Positions 1 through 11,600 of a DNA stretch of 64,000 nt are shown piece by piece. Origin of the DNA: an uncultured Planctomycetales bacterium. Its GTDB lineage: Bacteria; Omnitrophota; Gorgyraeia; Zapsychrales; JBDRMG01. Numbering within the stretch: position 1 is the first letter of the stretch; each line of letters begins with the position of its first letter. The stretch is taken from NCBI GenBank assembly GCA_964478715.1, contig CAYZIY010000004.1, positions 43,351 through 107,350 on the forward strand. The letters are read 5' to 3'. Made by a program: the position numbers and the translations under genes. The notes beneath the pieces were generated by a model, which ran no database searches, was not told the origin of the DNA, and was given only the letters and a program-made list of their open reading frames with translations.

Positions 1-3000
1 CGCCGCCGTCGTTTCCGTCGCTGATGTTTTTATACTTTCCGCGGAACTCATCGAAGAGATTGCGCATGACAACTTTTTGATAATCACCCAGGATCGCGCG
101 CTCTTTTCGAACCGTTTTGCCGCGGCCGTCAGCAAAGAATGAATCAATGGTCGCGCCCCCTAAATCAACCTCGCCTTTGGAAAGATCGATATTGCGGGCC
201 AGTATTTGATGCGTGAGTTTTCCCGTATATGGTGTCTCTTGGACCATGTGCCTGAGTTTTTGAAGATTGGCAGGTAAATTAGCGGCATCCAGTTCATCCA
301 TACCGGCCTCTCTCATCAACCGACCTTGTTCCTCGGCTAAAATACTTGATACCGTTCCCTCAGTAAGCTGCAGGCCGCGAAGCGATTTTTTAAGCGCTCC
401 TGTATCCAGCGCGGTAATACCCATTTCGTTAACAGTCTGGAGGGCTAAATCGGATATAATCGGATCACCCGCCTGCGTGGCCTTTTGAGGAAGATTAAAT
501 AATACAGCCGCCGTAAGCTTTTCATCTTCATCCCCGATATAGGTCCGTTTTTCCTGCAAAATCAACTGGCGCGGCGTTAAAGAGGCAGCCTGCTTGGAAT
601 CCATCTTAGCCAGCAAGTCTTTAGAGAAGGCGCGCTTGTCATAGGTTTGAATATCCAATTTGGAAGCGGCACCCTTGCCTTTGCGGCCCCAGAATTCAGC
701 CACGCCTCTCATGTGCTTGGCCTCGTGACTGCGGTCGATATCAGCCTCTTTGAAATCTGTCAGGAATTGTACCGGCTTGCCGTATTCAGACCGGGCCATA
801 TATTGAGTAAGCTGTTCATCGGATAAATCCGCTATGGCATAGTATTCCCCGTCGGCAAAGACATGCTTGATCGTTTGATGATCTTTAAGAGCCGCCAAGC
901 TCAGCCCGCTGATATCTCTTTCGAGTCCGCCCTCGGCTTCGTTATACTGCGCTCGGTAAGCGGCCTGAAGTTCCTTGAAGGTATCGCCTTTTTTGTTAAA
1001 ATAACGACGGCCGACCGTATCCACTGAAAGAGTGGTCCCGTCATCCAGAGCCATGCGGGTAATGCCCATTTTCACAGACGCCCCGTCTTGGTCGGTATGA
1101 TTATAAAGATTTAAAGAATTGACCCGCATGCCCAGCTGAACGCGATCGTACTGTCCGTCAGCTCCTTTTGATTCAAACACAGCCAAAGGATCGCTTTGGG
1201 CCAACCGCAGAGCGGTTTCAAATCCCTGGGAACCTCTTGCATATCTTTTGCCGCCAACCGTCACGGCATCCACATCCTGGCCTTCAACAACAGCCAATCC
1301 TTCTCCGGCCCCGGCGAAAATATATTGCTTTTCTCCAACAGGAAGATGGACTCTGATGCTGGTATCAGGGATGGGCACCAGACGGGTTCCCTGTTCGGTA
1401 GTAATTAACTCGGCCTCCTGAAGCTCGGTGATGTTTCCTTCCTTATCCCGTTTGGTCACCTCATAGTAGCGCGCCTGAGGATCGGCCTCAGCCATTTGAA
1501 GAGCCTTGTTCCAGTCTTCCTGGGTGACCTGATCTCTTCTAACCTTTCGTCTGACGAGCTGGCCTGTCGTTAAATCAACATCAAGAATTTCGACCTGTCC
1601 CAAATCTCCATAATGCGCCGCCTGAGCCGGCACCAAGCTCGAGGTAAAAACCTGCGTTTCTCCAAAACGCGAAGCATAATTACCGCTTTTTGCGTTTTTA
1701 TCATAAATGGAAACAACCACTTTTTTATCTTTGGTCAGCTGATTGGTTGTCAGTTGGAATCTTTTCTTTTTGGTGGTTTTGCGGTTAAAAAGCTCTCCTA
1801 AAAACCGGCTTCCCAAAACCGGCTCAGCTTTCTTTTCATTGATCAGTTCGAAATCAAGAGTGACATCCCGGCCGGCCATTACGCTTTCATCCAAAAGACC
1901 GCGCACCCGGAAATTATCTCCGACTTTGGCCGCATCAGCATCGCTGTCTTCCATGAATCGATCAGGAAGCGCGGCCGTAAAGAAGGGTTTTTCGTCAATA
2001 TTTGTCTCAAAGAGAATATCCTCATCATCCATATTGAGTTTTTTCTGCCAGCCGGCGCTCAATGCGCCCATATGCAGAACCAGGGTCTTGCGGTCCATAA
2101 CGCCCATGCGGTAGGAATTCATCAGAGGTCCGTCAATCCAGTGCAGGGTCTCGGTGGCATCACCCAAATCCCGTTCGGCAAAGAAACGAAAATGCGTATT
2201 TTTTCCCTGGTCTTTAAGCTCTTTGGCCAGAACTTGATCATAAATTTGTTTCTTTTTCTTATCGGCGCTGGCCACCTCTTCCCCGTGGCTTTTGAGGACA
2301 TTTTGATAAGCTCCCTCGGCAATCATTTGAGCCGCCTCTGGAGTGTCAACTAAACTGTAAAGCGCGCCGATATAGGCTGACTCTCTGGCAGCTTCTGCCT
2401 CCTGAAGCACTCCCGCGTCAATCAGAAAATCTTCATAAGCCAATTGCCCGGCCGCCAGCGCTTTTTCTTTGGCCGCATTATCCCGTCTGACCAATTTGAT
2501 TCCGCGCTCATTGAATCCCAGCATATTGGCCAAATTATATCCGGTCATCACCGCATAACGCTTTTCGGCATCTGTTTTGGCCCGGTCTCTGGCCGCTTCG
2601 GCTTCTGATTCGCTCTGGCCGTTAGCTAAGGCAAGCTGATAGGCTTGCTTTCCGGCTTTCTCGCCAGCTTTGGTGCGAGCAGACGCGTATTTGCTCGTGA
2701 CGCGGTTTTTCTCCAATTCTTTAGCCACGGCAGCCATTTGTAAATCGCCTGTTTGTTTAAGAACTTCAAGAAATTTCTTTTCGCCCATTCTTTCGGCCAA
2801 CTCATCCACGGTCAATTCTTCCCGGCCTTTTAATCCGACTAAGGGACCGATCACTTCCCCTAAAGCAAGGCTGGTCACCCCCGCGGCCGCCGAAACCATA
2901 TTTTTTCCCATACGGGAGCTGAATTGCTCATAAGTGCCCTGATGGCTCATGGCCCGCATCGTGCCCCAAAGATTTTCTTTCCATATCCCTTCGGCATATT

Positions 3001-5820
3001 CTTCGGCACTTTTGCCTTCAAACAGCGCATTGAATTCTTTTTCCGAAATAGCTCCGACTTCCAGAAGATTTCTTGCTTCTTCGTATTGCTTATTGACCTG
3101 ATCAACGATCTCTTTTTTAGCCGCTTTGAGCTGAGCCAAATTGGAAGCGGACACTCCGCTTAAGACTCCCAGATTATCCACCATAGTATTAGCGTCCATA
3201 ATGGAACGCTGGCGTCTCATCAAGAGTCCGCCGCCTTGATCAATGGACACGCCAAAGAGGGCATCGGAGATATCAGCCACCAGAACTGTTGAGAAATCAT
3301 TCCACAAATTCTCCCCGATTCCCCGGCCATCACGCTTGGTCAGACCGGTAATGCCCGCCAGAGTCGCATCCGCAAGGGCCATCAGAGCAAAGCCCTTAAC
3401 CGAGAATTCCATCTTGGTCTTTTGTTTGGCCTTGCGGGTGGCCCATTCTTCTTTGCTCATGCCCTGGTATTTTTCCTGAAATTCTTCCTTCGTCATGCGG
3501 TTGCCGCGCACAGCCCAGATATCATCTTCATATTCCTGCATGGCTTTAGCTTTATCCGCCTGGATCATCCTTGATCTATTATGTGCTTTGTCGATTTGGT
3601 GAGCAATGAGTCCCAGCACAGCCGCGCGGGTAATCGGATTAGCCAGAACGCGATGAACATATTTGAGGAATGAATTTTTGTTCTCACTTCTTATGTTTGG
3701 TCTTCCTTTGTTTTTGACGCGCCCGATCAGATAATTACCGATCGAACCGCTTGTGCTCTCTAGGGCCATCATCAAAAACTGATGATCACCGTCTAAATCC
3801 AGATCTTCTTTACCCATTTTCCCGCGAATCGCATTGATCACCGCTACCATACTATAGGTGACACCGGTTGAGATGGCCTGATTGCCGATAGCCGGCAGGA
3901 CATAATCGGTAATTTGCGTGCCCATTTCTTTAAAGAAATTATTTCCGGCATCCACGCCAAAATCTCCGGCAAACCAGTTGTTCTCACCGCCGTCAAGTGT
4001 TCCCAGCTTATCAATGCCAAAGGTTAAACCGGCCATTACCGGAGTTGAGACAGCCGTTGAGATCATGCTGTTGAGACCGTTTCGCAAGATTGGATTTTTG
4101 ACCTTGTCTTCATCAAGAAGCAGAGGTTCGACAATATAGATATCCACCGCTGTTTTAAATCCACCGTAAATAAATCCCTTGCCGAATCCGGAACCGATTT
4201 TCTCCAGGCAATCGCCAATGGTGATATCGGTGAACATGTCGATGCCGGTTGCATCGAAAATCTTAGTGAACATCTCTTCCATAGTGCCGGTCAAACTGTC
4301 GGCCATGGTTTGGCCCAGAATATTTCCGGCATTTTGGGCAAAAAGTTCTTCGGTAAGTTTTTTTAGATCTGTTATCTCACTTTTTAAAAGGTCTAAAAGC
4401 TGGCCATCAATGACCTGATCATATATGCTCTTAACCGCCTCGTCGGACAACTCATCAAGGGTTTGACCAGCTTGCAAAACTCCCCGCTTTCTTAAGGCTT
4501 CTTGATAGGATTTCAAAGCCCCGCGCATAGCATCAGTGGTCGCATCCATCAGGCGCTCCTGAAGCATTTCATCAAAAATAGAATCCTGAAAAGCGCTGAA
4601 TCCCATGGTAAAAGCGTATCCGAGAGCACTGCTTAATATCGTTCCCCAGGTTTCATTCCACCAGCCCTTTTTGATGCCCAAATACATCACCGCTGCCTGC
4701 ATGCGGCCAACTGCTTGGTTGACCATGGCGCTATTCATTCCCATCCATAAAAGATCTTTGAAAGAGAGAATTTCTTTAAGGCCTGTCAAATGGCCGAAAA
4801 ACGCACCTCCAAAAACAGCCAAAACACTAAATCCAACGCTCGCACCAATATTGCTCCAAGCCTCTTTGCTGGTCAAACCAGGATAGTCATCCCAGTGACT
4901 CTTCCAGCCTGATCCCCATACAAAAGCCAGAACTTCATCCGGAACACGTCTCACTTCCTCTGGTTTGTCCAGACTGGACGCTAGAACAATTCCTGTGGAA
5001 TCACGCATAAAATCCTCTTTGGACAAAGTCATGGCATTTCCAAGATCAGTAAAATAGACATTGTCTTCATCAAAACCTGTCACCATCACAAAGTGTTCCT
5101 GCTTTAAGCTGGCTAAAAACGGAGGGGGGAAATAAGAAAGATGCTCCGGCTGGATCCTGAATGCCTTATAATCCAAACCATAAGCGGCAGCCAATTTATT
5201 GATGGCAAAAAGAGAGGTTTTAAGTTTGGGATCACCGGCTTTGATCACATCATACAGTAAATCAATCAAAATCGTGGCTACCGAGAGTTCTTCCAAGGTG
5301 GTATCTACTTCATGAGCGGTTAATATGTCCTTCAGGGCATAAATTCCGCAGTTTAGGGGGTGAATCTCAGGCTCTCTCAGCCAAAGGTAAATGTTCTCAA
5401 TGTCTTGAGAAGTGAATGACCGCTCAGATTCCAGTAAAAGCGAAGGCGCAGTTGATTCATCGGCATAATCGGGAAGATTATTATTCGTTAGGCGGATATG
5501 GAGTTTGGGGTCTTTTTGATGGGCAATCTGGTTCAGGAAATATTCGACATTTCCGGCAATTTGAGCGGTTCGGATCTCTTCTTGAGAGGCCTGCGGGCTG
5601 ATATAACGCGAAGCCTGTTCTTTGTGCAGGACATAAGGATTATAATTGATGGCCCAGGCAACTTGTTCCGGAATGAAACAGGCAAGGACAACAATGGCAG
5701 CAATTTTGATCCATTTCTTGAAACGGCTTTGAAATGGCTGATCAACAACAATATCAGTTTTACTCTGGCCTGAGTCTTCTGATTCGCTGTTATTTATGTC
5801 CATTCTTTCATTCATTTGCA
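1..5820 (-). CDS. Giant membrane-anchored protein, 5' part only (more than 1940 codons in window; the ORF runs off the left edge, so it is absent from the ORF track). After the N-terminal TM helix there is a papain-like/C39-like cysteine peptidase motif.
   Basis: Hand translation of the minus strand from the ATG at 5818-5820 (MQMNERMDINNSESEDSGQSKTDIVVDQPFQSRFKKWIKIAAIVVLACFIPEQVAWAINYNPYVLHKEQASRYISPQASQ...) stays open through 5040 and, by spot checks, to position 1. A hydrophobic segment IAAIVVLACFIP follows a charged N-terminus. Q...LNCGIYALKDIL followed by QEHFVMVTGFDEDNVYFTD resembles the Gln/Cys ... His/Asp spacing of Peptidase_C39-like domains. The downstream region is Ala/Lys/Glu/Gly-rich with no recognisable catalytic motif. 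Confidence 0.6.
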
Positions 5821-6003
5821 TTACCTAAGGTTTAACTTTACCGTTTTATAAAAAAACCCATATTCGACTCGCGAATATGGGCTATAAATTTCCAATCAAA
5901 AAAATTAGAACTATTTATACAATAGTATAAACATTTATTCCGTGGTTTTACATAATTAATTGTCATTCCGTGGCTTCCCTTCCTGTTGGCCAGACAGTAC
6001 GGG

Positions 6004-6051
6004 CAGAAAAAATAAAAAGGCTGCCGAAAACCAAATGGATTTCGGCAGCCT
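6004..6051 (-). terminator. Rho-independent terminator (hairpin GGCTGCCGAAA / TTTCGGCAGCC, with a T-tract on the minus strand).
   Basis: Perfect 11-bp inverted repeat 6019-6029 / 6040-6050. On the minus strand the stem is followed by TTTTTATTTTTTCT (plus-strand 6004-6018 aaaaaataaaaag). It lies downstream of the tadC stop and upstream of the giant gene start. Confidence 0.5.
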
Positions 6052-6422
6052 TATAAATCTAAATTAGATCATTTCTGATCCCGTGGCTTTGCAACCGCTT
6101 TTCTGGCGATTACCTTTTCGATTCCATCAACTGCATTATAAATATAACATATATAATGCAGAAGTCAAGAAAACGGGATTTTTTTAGACCGATTAATTTC
6201 TGTTATTTCAATATGTTACAAACTTATCAAAAATATATTGAAGTATTTTAATAATTCTACTTTATTTTATTTATATTAATATACCTATTAAAAATGTATA
6301 AATTTAGAGGTAACGGTTTTTTAGAATTTTAATAGAGTATTCCTGAATGGACAATTATTTTAATAATTTTTTAAATGGACATTATCTTCTAAGCGCTAAA
6401 TGAATTTATTGTCCAATTTGGA

Positions 6423-7313
6423 TTATCGAATCGCGCTATTAAGACTGCCAGCGGGATTTCTATGGAAGAAATCCATCAATATGGGGCCGGCCACAAGAAT
6501 AGCCACAACCGGAAAGATGCAGAATAGAAGGGGAACCAGCATTTTCAGGGGCGCCTTGAGAGCAATCTGTTCTCCCCTGCGAAAACGGGCTAAACGCATA
6601 TCCTCAGAAAGAATGTTAAGAGCTTCGGCCACCGAAGTCCCCATCCGATCAGCTTGAATAAGCGTACGGGTAAAGGTCGATACATCGGTGAGATCATATT
6701 TTGAAGATAAGTCTTTTAGAGCCGCTTTGCGGGTTTTACCGACATTGATCTCCTGCATAATCAAATTCAGCTCATCGGTTAAAACAGACTTTTTGGACTT
6801 TTCAATCACCCACTTTAAGGCCAGCATAAAATCCAGCCCGGCATTGACACACAGCGCCAGAAGATCGATCATATCAGGAAGTTCTTTAATAATTTCGTTC
6901 TTTATTCGCTTAATCTTGGCCTTGAGCCAAATTTCCGGAAACATATAACCAAAAACAAAACAAAGCAAACCCCAAGCCATAATGAAATCGGGATTCTTGG
7001 GATAAAAAATGATCATGAGGATAATAATAAGAAGCTCCTTGATCAGAAGAAACTCCTCAGGAGTCAGGTTCACCCTCGCCACAGCAATATCCTTGGCCAT
7101 ACGCTTGCCCAGAGGACCAGCGCAAATCGGCTTATTGAAGGCGGCAACCGCCCGGGTAATCTGTTTGATTAAAGGAGTCTTTCTTTTCTCGACGGGAGCA
7201 TGCGGATCGATAGGACGCAAACGCGGCCTGTTTTCCACGTCAATGAAAGCCGTCACAAAAACCGTCAGGCAAATAATCGAGCTGAATATCAATAAAGTAA
7301 TTGCGGTAACCAT
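6423..7313 (-). CDS. tadC: Tad pilus inner-membrane platform protein TadC (GspF/T2SSF family).
   Basis: 296 aa with multiple TM segments and a GspF-like cytoplasmic region (…DELNLIMQEINVGKTRKAALKDL…). It is the second of two adjacent T2SSF-like genes, and its start abuts the stop of the preceding gene (shared 7313). Confidence 0.75.
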   Translation of the reverse strand: MVTAITLLIFSSIICLTVFVTAFIDVENRPRLRPIDPHAPVEKRKTPLIKQITRAVAAFNKPICAGPLGKRMAKDIAVARVNLTPEEFLLIKELLIIILMIIFYPKNPDFIMAWGLLCFVFGYMFPEIWLKAKIKRIKNEIIKELPDMIDLLALCVNAGLDFMLALKWVIEKSKKSVLTDELNLIMQEINVGKTRKAALKDLSSKYDLTDVSTFTRTLIQADRMGTSVAEALNILSEDMRLARFRRGEQIALKAPLKMLVPLLFCIFPVVAILVAGPILMDFFHRNPAGSLNSAIR

Positions 7314-8170
7314 TAAAAATCCTTGAATTTGCTGATTTTATAAATCAAAAACATCCCGATCAGCTGAAGACAGCTGGCCAAAACAAGCAGATTCTTCCCC
7401 TGCTGGGTTTCCAGCATGACATCAAAGAAATGCTTGTTGGTGGAAAGAACGATCATCAAAAAGCCGATCGGCAAAGCGCTCATAATGATTCCCTGGAGTT
7501 TGCCCTGCAGAGTCAAATTCCTGAGATTCTCTTTGATTTTATTGTTTTCCCGGATGGTGGTCACGATGCGGTTAAAGATCACAGGAAGGTTTCCTCCGGT
7601 TTCCCTGGCCAGAAGAATGGCCGTAATCAGCTGGTGGAGCGCGTTTGATGGCACCCGTTCATAAAGCCGGCTGAACGATTCCTCCAGAGAAACTCCCATC
7701 TTATTTTCTCCCAATAAGATGCCAAACTCCTGGCTGATCGGAGGCGGCATCTCTTCATTGACCACCTCCATGGCCTGAATAATGCTTAAACCTCCTTTCA
7801 GCGAGCTGGACATGATCATAAGGGAATCAACCAGTTGATTCTGAAATCTTTCTTTTCTCTGCTCGGCAAGCATTTTGACATAGATGCTGGGGCCGATGAA
7901 GCCCAAAACCACGCCGGCGACAACGCCGATAAGCCGAAAGGCGGGAAAAAAATGAAACCCGGCCAGACCCAAAAGAGGCGGTCCTAATGAAAAAAGAAGA
8001 ATCACTTTGGTGGGTTTAACCCGGACAAAAATCCGATCCATATCATCCACCAGGGACTCGGAACGCTTACGCTGCGCCGAAACATAAAGACCCGTGGCCG
8101 AGGGGATAATAATATAGGCGATTAAGGCCGCCGAAGCAAAAACCAGAGTGAGGATAACAACCAGAAGCAT
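7313..8170 (-). CDS. tadB: Tad pilus inner-membrane platform protein TadB (GspF/T2SSF family).
   Basis: 285 aa, TM-rich, with a T2SSF-like motif region (…LLGENKMGVSLEESFSRLYERVPSNALHQLITAILLARETGGNLPVIF…). It is immediately upstream of tadC. Confidence 0.75.
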   Translation of the reverse strand: MLLVVILTLVFASAALIAYIIIPSATGLYVSAQRKRSESLVDDMDRIFVRVKPTKVILLFSLGPPLLGLAGFHFFPAFRLIGVVAGVVLGFIGPSIYVKMLAEQRKERFQNQLVDSLMIMSSSLKGGLSIIQAMEVVNEEMPPPISQEFGILLGENKMGVSLEESFSRLYERVPSNALHQLITAILLARETGGNLPVIFNRIVTTIRENNKIKENLRNLTLQGKLQGIIMSALPIGFLMIVLSTNKHFFDVMLETQQGKNLLVLASCLQLIGMFLIYKISKFKDF

Positions 8171-8220
8171 ATTTTTATTGTATCAAATTTCTTTGTTGAA
8201 TTGAGTTTTGAAAAATAATT

Positions 8221-8652
8221 TTAAAGAACGCCGGCGCAGCAGGCATCGCAGCAGCGGTCGCATTTGATAAAATCCCCTGAGGCGCAATCTACATCACCGC
8301 AGGCCGCGGAATCCCATAGAGTATAAAGCATACAGCTTTTGCGGCAATCATCATAACATTGCTGGTAGTCATCGGCATCGTACCATTCATTATTAAAGGG
8401 ATTGAGCGCTTCTTCATCAATGATTTTATCGGGATCATACTGCATGCCCTGGCCGAAGATATCGCCGGTCATTTTCCAGCGGCCGGCAAACCCCCGGACA
8501 ATGAATTTCTGCATGGTTAAAACGGCTGCTAACAAGAGCGTTAAGAAAACCGAATATTCCAAAATAGCACTGGCCTTAGATTGTTTGAAATTCCTTAATA
8601 ACATGAATGGGTTTACTTTCTTTAAAAAGGATTCGCTCCGTCTTTGCCGCAA
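8221..8652 (-). CDS. Flp/TadE-like prepilin N-terminus fused to a small Cys-rich C-terminal domain.
   Basis: …KQSKASAILEYSVFLTLLLAAVLTMQKF… fits the [GA]/xxxxEY-hydrophobic Flp leader. The C-terminus is CYDDCRKSCMLY…CGDVDCASGDFIKCDRCCDACCAG. The true start may be the internal Met (MLLRNFKQSKAS…, about 8604), because 8622-8652 overlaps the upstream gene. Confidence 0.5.
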   Translation of the reverse strand: MRQRRSESFLKKVNPFMLLRNFKQSKASAILEYSVFLTLLLAAVLTMQKFIVRGFAGRWKMTGDIFGQGMQYDPDKIIDEEALNPFNNEWYDADDYQQCYDDCRKSCMLYTLWDSAACGDVDCASGDFIKCDRCCDACCAGVL

Positions 8653-11600
8653 GGAACAAAATGAACCTGAAAACCATTGCTGAAGCTAAAGGGCCACCTG
8701 TTCTGACGGAAACTATAATCCGCGCAGGTGTCTGACATCACGCCTTTCTTTAATAATCGCGAAGCCGCATCAAAGCAGGGTGAGCAATTGGACTTTTCGA
8801 CCACATATCTACCGGACAATTGATTACATGTCTGATCGAATCCCCAGCTAAACGCACCGCCACCAAGCGGATCCGCGGGGGTAGAAACACCGTCATTGTT
8901 AATCATAAACGATCCGTCTTCGCTTTTGTCACAATACGTTTCAATCGCGGCAATATCAGCCGCCGTTGATCCCTGCTGGGCCGGATGGCGGAAAATAAAT
9001 TTCCACAAGGGCACATTATTGGCAAATTTCAAGGAGAGATCCCGGTCCTGATCATAAGTGATCACCCGTGATTTGACCCGCCCGCCTTGGAAGCAATCTT
9101 TGGCAGCATCGAAACCGCTTAAATTATCATCATCGCAATGGCTTTCTGGATAAGCGTAGCTGTCCAGCAAGGTGTAACACCGGCTCATCCCCCGGTTTTT
9201 GTTATAGGTTTTTATCCACGGCCAGCGGGGCTCGGCCAATTCCTCTTTGCGGGAACATTTGCCGGCGCATTTTCCTGGCATCGCCGCCTGGGACTGGACT
9301 AAATGCCAGTATCCTTTGGGGTCTTTGTAACCGTAAATCACCCAGGGAGCCAGTTTAGCCAGTTCATAGCGATTATTTTCCTCCAAATCTTTCCAATACT
9401 TAATAATATCGTCTACTCTACCGTCATTGAGCAAGCCATCTATTTTATTCATGGCTGTTTGAAGCTCATCAAGTTTCTCCTGGGCCTCATCGCGGACACC
9501 TTGGAGATAATCCCTGCGGATTTCAAACATGCGGGCTTCTTTCAAAAGATTAAACATGCTAAAGAACAAAGCATCAAAATATGTTCTATCGGGAATATTA
9601 TGCGGAACCATGCAATATTCATAATTATCCGCGTCAGGAAAAGAATCCGGATTGGAGATCCCGATGGGATTATTAGACCAGCAATCGTCTCCGCAAGTAT
9701 TAAAACAATAATCGCCGGTGCCGGGATCGCTCCACGCGCATTTGATCATGCAATTATAGACGATCCCCGCTCTTTGAACCCGGTTAGTGATTTGATTATC
9801 AAGGCAGTTAATAATACCCGGTAATGTTTGGCCGTTACAGACCGCCGGAGAGCCGGGATCATTAAATGCGACAGAATAACTCCCGACGCCGTTGGCCCAT
9901 CCGTTGATGTAACGATGGATTTTATCTATACTTTCACGTAACTCCATCAGCTTTCCGTCGTTGGAATCAAGAACGCTCATCGCCTCAGCAATCCAGGTTG
10001 AGAATTTCGCGTGCAAGCGCTCCGGCGTTTTATTTAAAATACTTTTGGCCCAGTCGATAAACTCATCAATCAGAACGCGGGAATAATCGGTATTATCCTC
10101 AACCCAATAATGCCATCCGCCGGGTGGAGGGCATGACCAACTTGTCAGGTCCTGACCCGGATCTTCCCAAGCGCAGTCATAATCCCAATCTTCGGGATCG
10201 TGATCGACCAACTGCCGCGCGCACAGCCAACCATTGTGACAGTCCCGGTCGCAGTGCTTGCCCGGGCAATCATTCTGATAAGGAAAATTCACAGAACAAA
10301 AATCATCCACGCCTTTTTTCCAGAAAGGAGGCTCTTCACTCTCGAGATCCGGACATTCGTTTTGCGGAATTTCCAAATCATCCGCATAATGAAAATTATC
10401 CGTGAGATTATTAGTAATACAGCAGTTGGCGGGATTCCAGTCATTGAAATGATACTCATCAATGGAGCCAAACCCGCAAGTGGGCGCCGTAGAAGCTGAA
10501 GTGACAAAATAAGAATCGGCAAAATCAAAGGCAAAAACCTGCGGACCGGAATCTGTCGGTAGAGTAAAGCTTCCATTGAGATTCAGATTACCGCAGTCCG
10601 GATGATAACTATGACACCAGTCGCACTCATACGTTCGATCTTCGGGCACAGCCGGAGGCCCCAGACCGACCGTGCCGGATTGACCGTCGTCAGGCAGATT
10701 CCATTTCTGATACTCTTTCGCCAATTTCCAGAAATAGGGATAAAGGATGCCTTCCGCATCCTCTTGTCGCCAGAAACCATCCACAGAAGCTGGATCGATA
10801 TTGATCTCATAATCATCCGAAGGACCGGCGGGGTTTAAAGGACTGGTCTTTTTATCCTTGCGGGTATCACCCCTCCAGTATCGATTATTATCATCCCGCC
10901 CGACGAACTCCCGAAAAGACACGAATTGCCCCGCTCCGGGATTATTGTTGTATTTATTCTCAGCGTATCGATCATAGACATTGGGCCAGTCATGATCCGG
11001 GCAATCAGTTGAAACCCCGCATTCGTCCGGCCCGCCGGTATCACAGCAGCTCGGACGGAGATTGGGCTCATCGGCAATCGGTGGTAAAACATCAGGCCTC
11101 AGCCCGGAATCTCCTTTAAAGGTATTGTTGTAGCTGGGCTCGCTGGGATAAGTCTTCAGTTTTCTAAAAAATACTATTTTTTTTCCGAATGGCGTAGTTA
11201 TTTTTTCTTCAAACCAGGTTCCAGTTCTACCCTCTGTCTTGGGAAGACAACAACAATTGCAATAGGCAGGTTTGGGGTCTTCACAGCATTCATGCTTGGG
11301 ACCAGCGTCCGGACAATAATTCCCGACCGGATCCCACAAGCCCCAGTTATCATTGACACCTTTCCATTCTTTTAATAAAAACTCTCCAATGGCTTTCTGA
11401 AATTTTTCAATCGCTTCTATCCGCGAATCAGCTCCCACCAAAGCCAGGCGGGAAACACGCTCATGCATATGATAGGTGAGGCGAGAAACTTTATCGTCAG
11501 TGGCATCAGGCCCCCACATCCCGTCCATGTCCATGTCCATAAAGTCGATCATCTTCTCCTGGTCCATCACCGCGTTTTGCAAGCCCAGCATCACACCACG

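Noticed and set aside
9303-9824. 173-aa plus-strand ORF inside the TadG-like gene. The same applies to other plus-strand ORFs at 10124-10838, 11476-11886, 12471-12794, 13250-13501, 14499-15026 and 15992-16207.
   Set aside because: All lie antisense within confidently assigned minus-strand genes, have no RBS and no recognisable motifs, and have low-complexity composition. They are shadow ORFs.
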